Shown: positions 57,323 to 64,000 of the stretch, piece after piece
Position numbering within the stretch: position 1 is the first letter of the stretch
Layout: each line of letters starts with the position of its first letter
Assembly (NCBI GenBank): GCA_963774955.1
Contig: CAVZGV010000004.1
Coordinates: forward strand, 296,716 to 360,715
Direction: 5' to 3'
DNA from: Candidatus Falkowbacteria bacterium
GTDB lineage: Bacteria > Patescibacteriota > Patescibacteriia > CAIXNZ01
DNA length: 64,000 bases
The notes under the pieces: model-generated
What the model was told of the DNA's origin: nothing
Databases searched by the model: none
Seen by the model: the letters and a program-made list of their open reading frames with translations, nothing else
Translations under genes and position numbers: made by a program

Positions 57323-59323
57323 ATGAATGTCTCCGAATTAGCGCGAAAACTTAAAGTCAACAGCACAGAACTTTTGGATATATTGCCGGAGTTTGGTTTT
57401 GATATTGGTAAACGAGCGATTAAGGTGGATGAAAAAGTGGCGCAAAAAATCATAAAACTGGGCGCTAAAATCCAGGATCGGCTTATTTCCCTGCAAAAAG
57501 AAAAAATAGCCAGCTTGGAAAAGTTAACTGCGGTTGCGACTGAACCAATAGAACAAAAGGAAATTCAAATACCCCCGGTGATTACCGTGAGGGAATTAGC
57601 TCAGGTTATAAATCGGCCAATCAGTGAGGTTCTTAAACAATTAATGAAAAATGGAGTTTTGGCCTCTTTAAACGAGAGGATTGATTTTGAAACCGCCGCT
57701 ATTATGGCTGATGAATTTGGCCTTAAAATTATTCCAGCCGAAGCTCCGGAAACTCAGCAATTGCAGGACGTGGGTTCAAGAATAAAGGAGGTTTTGGCTC
57801 AAGAAACAAAGAGTCAGCTAAAAGTACGCCCGCCGGTAGTGGTTGTTATGGGTCATGTTGACCATGGCAAGACAAAATTATTAGATACGATAAGAAAAAC
57901 AAATATTATTGATACTGAAGCCGGTGGTATTACCCAGCATATTGGCGCATATCAGGTGACTAAAAAAGGCAAGGTAATTACTTTTATTGATACTCCCGGC
58001 CATGAGGCCTTTACGGCCATGCGCGCCCGCGGCGCCAAAGTGGCGGATATTGCTATTTTAGTTGTGGCTGCCAATGACAGTGTTAAACCTCAGACAGTGG
58101 AGGCGATTAAGATAATCCAGCAAGAACAGCTGCCTCTGATTGTGGCGATTAATAAAATAGATTTGCCTGAAGCTGATATTGAAAAAGTAAAAAAGGATTT
58201 AAGCTCTTTAAATCTGATACCTGAAGATTGGGGCGGTAAAACCATTTGTCAGCCTATTTCCGCCAAGGGTAATATCGGTATCGATGATTTATTGGATACC
58301 ATTATTTTAATTGCGGAAATGGAAAAAGATAAAATCTTGGCTAATCCTCAGGGTGCGGCTATTGGGACAATTATTGAAGCTCATGTTGATAAAGGGGAAG
58401 GTCCTGTCGCCACTGTCTTAATCCAGAACGGTACCTTGAAAGTCGGAGATAATTTATGTATTAATAACAACTTTTTTGGTAAAGCGCGGGCGCTTAAAGA
58501 TTTCTTGAATCATGAAGTCAAAGAAGTGATTCCGGCTATGCCTGTTAAAATAATCGGTTTAAAATATGCCCCGAAGGTCGGAGATTTGGTGGAAGTTACC
58601 TGTGAAATTGAACGCCGACATAAGAAGGTAAAGGAACACGAATTAACCAAAGATAGCCAGCAACTTACTCGGGTTACTCAACAAATAGAAGAAGGTAAGG
58701 ATGAAAGTGTCAAGAAATTAAATTTGGTTATCAGGGCTGATGTCCTCGGTTCTTTGGAGGCAATTGCCGAGTCATTGGAGAAGATCGATTCTCGGGAAGT
58801 TAAAGCCAGTATACTTTCTAAAGGTTTGGGTAATATCACTGCTGCAGATATTGATTTGGCGGCTTCAAGCAATGCAATAATTTTAGGCTTTAAATCTAAG
58901 GCTGCTCCGGCAGTCGCAGATGTGGCCAGAGAAAAAAAGGTGGAGATAACATATTATGAGATTATTTATAAATTGATTGAGGAGGTCAAAGGCAAAATGT
59001 CAGCCTTACTTGAGCCGGAAATTATCAGAAAGGTTTTAGGCCAGGGTGAAGTTTTGGCCATATTCAAATCTGAGCCCAAAAAGGCAATCATTGGCGTTAA
59101 AATTTTAAGCGGGAAAATCAACAAAGGCATTAAAGTAGATATTTTTCACAAAAAAGAACTGGTTGATACGGCTGAAATTGAAGAACTTAAAATCGGCAAA
59201 GAAAAAGTAGCAGAAGTGGCTGAAGGACAGGATTGCGGGGTCAGTCTGCTAACTAAACAAGAAATTCAAGTTGGAGATAGTTTGGAATTTTATATAGAAG
59301 AAAATATTATTAAAAAATTATAA
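57323..59323 (+). CDS. infB: translation initiation factor IF-2 (short form, 666 aa)
   Basis: G-domain [17 protein letters not shown] and DTPGHEAF; C-terminal IF2 domains. Confidence 0.9.
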   Translation: MNVSELARKLKVNSTELLDILPEFGFDIGKRAIKVDEKVAQKIIKLGAKIQDRLISLQKEKIASLEKLTAVATEPIEQKEIQIPPVITVRELAQVINRPISEVLKQLMKNGVLASLNERIDFETAAIMADEFGLKIIPAEAPETQQLQDVGSRIKEVLAQETKSQLKVRPPVVVVMGHVDHGKTKLLDTIRKTNIIDTEAGGITQHIGAYQVTKKGKVITFIDTPGHEAFTAMRARGAKVADIAILVVAANDSVKPQTVEAIKIIQQEQLPLIVAINKIDLPEADIEKVKKDLSSLNLIPEDWGGKTICQPISAKGNIGIDDLLDTIILIAEMEKDKILANPQGAAIGTIIEAHVDKGEGPVATVLIQNGTLKVGDNLCINNNFFGKARALKDFLNHEVKEVIPAMPVKIIGLKYAPKVGDLVEVTCEIERRHKKVKEHELTKDSQQLTRVTQQIEEGKDESVKKLNLVIRADVLGSLEAIAESLEKIDSREVKASILSKGLGNITAADIDLAASSNAIILGFKSKAAPAVADVAREKKVEITYYEIIYKLIEEVKGKMSALLEPEIIRKVLGQGEVLAIFKSEPKKAIIGVKILSGKINKGIKVDIFHKKELVDTAEIEELKIGKEKVAEVAEGQDCGVSLLTKQEIQVGDSLEFYIEENIIKKL

Positions 59324-59366
59324 TAAAAAATGGCGACTCCTCGTTAAGGAGCCGCCGGTTTAAAAG

Positions 59367-59666
59367 TTACGGGCTATCCTGGTTAAAATAGTTTTTGCTG
59401 CCTGTTATAAGGGAAATTGTCCTGGCGAATCTACCGGGGCCGAAGATCAAAATCAACCAGATACCGAGGCAGAAACCTAGGAAGACAAGCAGACGCCAGA
59501 CCACGTACCAGTATACAGCTCCGAAATGGAGAAGTCCCCAGCCGATAAAGAATGCCGGGATCCCGAGAACGAGGCATAATAAGGTTTTTCGGCCTTCCAC
59601 CCGGATGAGAATCCAGATGATTATAAACATGGCAACAAAAATTAGTGCGATCAGACCATTTTCCAT
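59367..59666 (-). CDS. small membrane protein (3 TM), hypothetical
   Basis: Hydrophobic 99 aa ORF; SD GAGGGT upstream. Confidence 0.4.
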   Translation of the reverse strand: MENGLIALIFVAMFIIIWILIRVEGRKTLLCLVLGIPAFFIGWGLLHFGAVYWYVVWRLLVFLGFCLGIWLILIFGPGRFARTISLITGSKNYFNQDSP

Positions 59667-59776
59667 GGTACCCTCCTTTTCTTATGGTTAATATGCGGTT
59701 GTTTGGTCAATCTGACTATTTAAATTATAGCATAAATTAAATATTTTGTCAATATTAACGATTAAATTTACTATCT

Positions 59777-60097
59777 ATGGAAATAAAGCTAAATTTAGCT
59801 AATTTTGATCAAGAAGTTTTAAAAAGTAAAGACCTGGTACTGGTTGATTTTTGGGCTGAATGGTGCGGCCCTTGTAAGATGATGGGGCCGGTCCTCGAAG
59901 AATTAGCTAAGGAAATTGAAGGTAAAGGCATTAAAATTGCCAAATGTAATGTTGATGAAAATAATGAGTTGGCGCAAAAGTACGAGATTATGTCTATCCC
60001 GGCATTTAAAGTTTTTAAAGGCGGTAATATCGTTGATGAGTGGGTGGGAGCTCAGCCAAAGGATGCAATAAAACAGAGACTTGAAAAACTATTATAA
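59777..60097 (+). CDS. trxA: thioredoxin
   Basis: WCGPC active site; 106 aa. Confidence 0.85.
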   Translation: MEIKLNLANFDQEVLKSKDLVLVDFWAEWCGPCKMMGPVLEELAKEIEGKGIKIAKCNVDENNELAQKYEIMSIPAFKVFKGGNIVDEWVGAQPKDAIKQRLEKLL

Positions 60098-60216
60098 TTT
60101 ATATAAGTCTAAAGGTTAAAGTATGAAGGCTAAAGTTAGGAATATTTTATATTTGAATCATACATAAAAATTCCAAAACTAAGACTTTAGACTTTTTACT
60201 TTTGACTTAAATCTTT

Positions 60217-61176
60217 ATGTCTGAAAATATTCACGATCTCATTATAATCGGAGGCGGACCAGCCGGACTTACTGCCGGAATTTATGCCTCGCGTCGCAAC
60301 CTGAAAAATTTAATAATCACCAAGGACATTGGCGGTCAGGCTTCAACCACCAATTACGTGGAAAATTATCCCGGCTATGACAAGGTCGGCGGTTTTGAAT
60401 TAATGCAAAAATTTCAAAATCAGGCTGAAAGTTTTGGCAGTCAGTTTAAATATGAGGAAGTTGCTAAAGTTGAAAAAAATGACAATAAATTTTTAATTGA
60501 GACTGTTAGCGGTAATAAATATCAGGCCCTGGCTTTGATTCTGACCTTTGGTAAAACGCCCAGTAATTTAAATGTACCGGGTGAAAAAGAATTTACCGGC
60601 AAGGGCGTGGCTTATTGCGCGACTTGCGACGGTCCGTTATATAAAAATAAAACTGTGGCCGTAATTGGTGGCGGCAATGCAGCTTTGGAGTCAGCAGATT
60701 ATCTGGCGCAAATTTGCACTAAGGTTTATCTGATTCATCGCCGGGCTGAATTTCGCGGTGAAGAAATGCTGGTTGATAAAGTTAAGGCCGTTAAAAACGT
60801 GGAAATTATTTTAAATCAGGTAGTTAATAGTATTAGCGGCGAAAAATTTGTTAAAGGCCTGGAGATTGAAGATGTTAAGACGAAAGAAAAAAGGAAAATT
60901 GATTTGGATGGTATTTTTATTGAAATCGGGCACACTGTTAATGCCGCTCCGATCAGGGAACTGGTTAAAATCAATGAGAATAATGAAATTATTGTTGATC
61001 TGGACGGCCAAACCAGCGAAGCTGGAATTTTTGCTGCCGGCGATGTGACCAATATTAAATATAAACAAATCGTAATCTCAGCCGGTGATGGCGCTAAGGC
61101 GGCTTTATCAGCTTATAAATACATTTCGCAGCTTAAAGGTTTGAAAGAGCCGGTTTTTGACTGGGGCAAGAAATAG
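60217..61176 (+). CDS. trxB: thioredoxin-disulfide reductase
   Basis: GGGPAG FAD motif, CATC redox motif, GGGNAA NADPH motif. Confidence 0.9.
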   Translation: MSENIHDLIIIGGGPAGLTAGIYASRRNLKNLIITKDIGGQASTTNYVENYPGYDKVGGFELMQKFQNQAESFGSQFKYEEVAKVEKNDNKFLIETVSGNKYQALALILTFGKTPSNLNVPGEKEFTGKGVAYCATCDGPLYKNKTVAVIGGGNAALESADYLAQICTKVYLIHRRAEFRGEEMLVDKVKAVKNVEIILNQVVNSISGEKFVKGLEIEDVKTKEKRKIDLDGIFIEIGHTVNAAPIRELVKINENNEIIVDLDGQTSEAGIFAAGDVTNIKYKQIVISAGDGAKAALSAYKYISQLKGLKEPVFDWGKK

Positions 61177-61334
61177 CTTAAAACTCACAACTAAGAATTC
61201 AGAACTAAAACTAAGAACTTATAACGATGATTTAGAAATAGCAGACCTAAGTATGGGGTCGGAAAGGGCAGTTGTGTCCTTTTTTGTTTTATTATAAAAT
61301 AGGATTAAGTAATTAGTAATAGGCAGAAAGGTAT

Positions 61335-61733
61335 ATGGACAAAGAAAAAATGCAAGAATTTATTAATAAGGATTTTGTTTACGCGGTAGTTGGGGCGACT
61401 CAAAATCAGGACAAGTATGGATATAAGGTTTTGCTTGATTTAAAAAATAAAGGCTATAAAGTCGTGCCTATTAATCCTAAATATAATGAAGTGGCGGGTT
61501 TAACCTGTTATCCTGATTTGATTTCTATGGAAGAAAGGCCGGACGTAGTTGTTTTGGTCTTGGGCGAAGAAAATTCCAAAAAAATTGTACAAAATTGTAT
61601 TGATATGGCCTTAACAAAACTTTGGTTTCAGCCCGGATCTGAATATGATGAGGCTGTGGCTCTCGCCAAGTCAGCCGGTTTAGATATGGTCATCGCTGAA
61701 TGTATTATGGTGGAAACAGATCAAGAAGTTTAA
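61335..61733 (+). CDS. CoA-binding domain protein
   Basis: YAVVGATQNQDKYGYKVLLDLKNKGYKVVPINP is a PF13380-type CoA-binding fold. Confidence 0.55.
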   Translation: MDKEKMQEFINKDFVYAVVGATQNQDKYGYKVLLDLKNKGYKVVPINPKYNEVAGLTCYPDLISMEERPDVVVLVLGEENSKKIVQNCIDMALTKLWFQPGSEYDEAVALAKSAGLDMVIAECIMVETDQEV

Positions 61734-61770
61734 CCAACCAGTTGAAGCCTAATTAGAAAGACAGGAGGGA

Positions 61771-62280
61771 ATGATGCATTTATCAGGAAACTGTAGATTT
61801 GAAGACGGCGTGGTACATTTTCCTTCAGGGGAAATAAACCCCAACGCCTGTATCTTGGAGGATTTCAAACCCATTGTCGGTAATGTGCCGGCAGCGGTAA
61901 GCGGGCAGCTTCAAAACCAGGTGGTATTCCGCCATTCATTGGGTAGTCTGAGATTACTTTTCAATCCCGAGGACGAACCAGAAGAAAAATCGCCAGTGGT
62001 CATGTTTCAAATCGAACTGACTCAGCCCATTCATCTGGGCGAACTGCTAAGGCAGTACCAGGCAAAGGCCAAGTTTATGTATGAAGTGGTTGAAGATGAA
62101 AATGGCGAAGAGTTGACGATTCATACTGCAGTCTTCAGTCCGAATTTCGGGGCCCAGTTTGATCCGCAGACCATGATGGTGGATACTCTGATTTTCGTCA
62201 GGTTGGATCATATTTTGGGCTGCAAATGTCAGTCATGTGCCTGGATCAGGCAGGAATTTGGCCTGCCTCATCCGGCCTAA
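61771..62280 (+). CDS. hypothetical protein (169 aa)
   Basis: SD AGGAGGG; terminator 62288-62315 (caccccgcg / cgcggggtg). Confidence 0.45.
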   Translation: MMHLSGNCRFEDGVVHFPSGEINPNACILEDFKPIVGNVPAAVSGQLQNQVVFRHSLGSLRLLFNPEDEPEEKSPVVMFQIELTQPIHLGELLRQYQAKAKFMYEVVEDENGEELTIHTAVFSPNFGAQFDPQTMMVDTLIFVRLDHILGCKCQSCAWIRQEFGLPHPA

Positions 62281-62382
62281 ACAACTTATCACCCCGCGAC
62301 GCGGGGTGATTTTTCTTGCAAAAATATAAGAATTAAAGTAATCTTTATAAAAATTAGCTCAGGGCTGATAAGGAGGAATCAG

Positions 62383-62868
62383 ATGGATTTACCCTATGAA
62401 AAAAGAGGTAAACTTTGTTGGGGCAGTATCAGACTGGAACTCAATAATTGCAGTTTTGGTCAGATTCGGTCAGTCATCAGTATGCCGGATTTTTATCAGG
62501 CGCAAGACTATCAGTATGCACTTTTTGTCGCTGATATTGAATTGGGTGAAATTCAGGTGCTGATAGATATGCTGGATGACCGTTTGCTGCAATTGGAACT
62601 GGAGCTTTTTGAAGATTTGCCCCTCAATCAGGTTATGCTTTTTTTGAAGGAGGAGGGAATAATTTCTGATAGCAATTTCGGTTATGTGGAAGATGAAGGC
62701 GAGATTTACCTGGTTTTCAATCTTCATTTCATGATGAGGCTGACGGCTGATACCAACAAGATTTGTACTTTCGTTTTCTACAATTCTGATTTTATGCGTC
62801 AGAATGAAGATGAGTTTGCGGTGAAAATCAGGACAGCTGCCAAACAAAAAAAACAGGATTTAAATTAA
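62383..62868 (+). CDS. acidic hypothetical protein (161 aa)
   Basis: SD AAGGAGGAATCAGATG; hairpin 62867-62891. Confidence 0.45.
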   Translation: MDLPYEKRGKLCWGSIRLELNNCSFGQIRSVISMPDFYQAQDYQYALFVADIELGEIQVLIDMLDDRLLQLELELFEDLPLNQVMLFLKEEGIISDSNFGYVEDEGEIYLVFNLHFMMRLTADTNKICTFVFYNSDFMRQNEDEFAVKIRTAAKQKKQDLN

Positions 62869-62999
62869 CCCCCGCCTCACGGGGGTTTTAAATTTGAAAA
62901 AAATCTAAATCTAATGTAAGATTAAGTAAATTTAGCATATAGCATATGGCGTATAGCGTATAGCCATTGGCCATAAGCAATAAGCCATAAACAAACATT

Positions 63000-64000
63000 A
63001 TGAAACAATATAATCCATCCGAAATCGAGCCCAAGTGGCAAAAATACTGGGAAGATAAAAAATTAAACCAGGCCGAGGATTTTTCCAAAAAACCCAAGTT
63101 TTATTGTTTGATTGAATTTCCTTATCCTTCAGGCGAAGGTCTGCATTGCGGCCATCCTCGTTCATTTACGGCCCTGGATATTTTGGCGCGCAAACGCCGA
63201 ATGCAGGGTTATAATGTCTTATACCCGATCGGCTGGGACGCTTTTGGCTTGCCGGCTGAAAATTATGCCATCAAAACTCAGACGCATCCGAAAATTTCTA
63301 CGGCCAAAAATATTGCTAATTTCACCCGTCAGATTAAATCGCTCGGACTGTCTTTTGACTGGTCGCGCGAAATAAATACCACTGATCCGGAATATTACAA
63401 ATGGACTCAATGGATTTTTTTGCAGCTTTATAAAAAAAATCTGGCCTATAAATCAAAAATAGATATTAACTGGTGTACCAAGTGCAATATCGGCTTGGCC
63501 AATGAGGAAGTGGTTTTCGGCAAATGCGAACGTTGCGGGGGCGAAGTGATCCGCAAAGAAAGAGAACAGTGGATGCTGAAAATCACAGAGTATGCTGACC
63601 GCCTAATTGCTGATTTGGATACAGTTGACTATCTGGAAAAAATTAAAAAGCAGCAGATTGACTGGATCGGTAAAAGTTATGGCGCCCAGGTTGTTTTTAA
63701 AATTAAAAGTCAAACCATGCTTAAGGGCGAACATATGTATGATTTAGCGGTTTATACTACCAGGCCCGATACGTTATTTGGCTGTACTTATATGTGTGTA
63801 GCGCCGGAGCATGAATTGATTGATAAGTTTGCCGACCAAATTGATAATTATAATGAGGTGTTGGACTACCGTGAGCAAACCAAATGCAAAACTGAATTTG
63901 AAAGATCAAATTTGGAAAAAACCAAAACCGGAGTTGAACTGCACGGCTTGAAAGCGATTAATCCTGTTAATGGTCAGGAAATTCCTATCTTTGCCGCGGA
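63000..64000 (+). CDS. leuS: leucine-tRNA ligase, N-terminal part (continues beyond the window)
   Basis: [22 protein letters not shown]...[23 protein letters not shown] (HIGH-type motif, CP1 zinc-finger cysteines). Confidence 0.85.
   Translation, partial: MKQYNPSEIEPKWQKYWEDKKLNQAEDFSKKPKFYCLIEFPYPSGEGLHCGHPRSFTALDILARKRRMQGYNVLYPIGWDAFGLPAENYAIKTQTHPKISTAKNIANFTRQIKSLGLSFDWSREINTTDPEYYKWTQWIFLQLYKKNLAYKSKIDINWCTKCNIGLANEEVVFGKCERCGGEVIRKEREQWMLKITEYADRLIADLDTVDYLEKIKKQQIDWIGKSYGAQVVFKIKSQTMLKGEHMYDLAVYTTRPDTLFGCTYMCVAPEHELIDKFADQIDNYNEVLDYREQTKCKTEFERSNLEKTKTGVELHGLKAINPVNGQEIPIFAA

Noticed and set aside
1-64000. rRNA genes, CRISPR arrays, prophage structural genes
   Set aside because: None were seen. 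There are no 16S/23S-like conserved stretches, no regular short repeat-spacer arrays, and no capsid/terminase-like ORFs.

Overview
This is a 64 kb window from a low-GC genome (roughly 36-40% GC over the housekeeping genes). An SD-poor style, a short rpoB and infB, two TrmB-type regulators and a CarS-like gene suggest a CPR/Patescibacteria-like bacterium; that placement is inference. TGA is used as a stop, so the standard code applies. The core genes are rpoB-rpoC, clpP, nrnA, rbfA, hsp20, infB, rny-ymdB, hup, trxA/trxB, the leuS 5' end, tRNA-Lys(CTT) and tRNA-Arg(TCG). No rRNA or CRISPR array was seen.

The accessory content is heavy:
(1) An IS1595-like insertion sequence (10313-11365) with 17 bp terminal inverted repeats. 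It sits next to a GC-richer segment (about 11.4-17.7 kb) carrying a TrmB regulator, an amidohydrolase, a frameshifted coaB, an unusual CoaC-CoaB-class II aldolase fusion, and three GC-rich acidic orphan genes built on a shared promoter / SD / terminator design.
(2) A roughly 21 kb polymorphic toxin island (28.5-49.6 kb). It starts with a 2562 aa TcB/TcC-like giant protein (SpvB N-domain, FG-GAP repeats, RHS/YD shell, two CBM4/9-like modules, RHS core) ending in a DUF4258 RNase-like toxin with a DUF2283 immunity gene. Behind it is an array of orphan RHS-core/toxin cassettes (PD-(D/E)xK nuclease-like, SLT-like, unknown) with immunity-like genes, a second pseudogenised secreted RHS-like gene, then HicBA and an IS200/IS605 TnpA. 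The island is bracketed by two near-identical copies of the rpoC terminator.
(3) A roughly 3.4 kb very GC-rich island (about 49.97-53.4 kb) that is foreign in composition. It holds a Cys-rich 274 aa protein, SD-preceded micro-ORFs and two tandem 240-260 bp repeat elements whose hairpins covary.
(4) Several repeat families in non-coding DNA: 7-nt-periodic degenerate arrays that abut start codons lacking an SD, a REP-like hairpin family, and GT-rich/CA-rich long hairpins.
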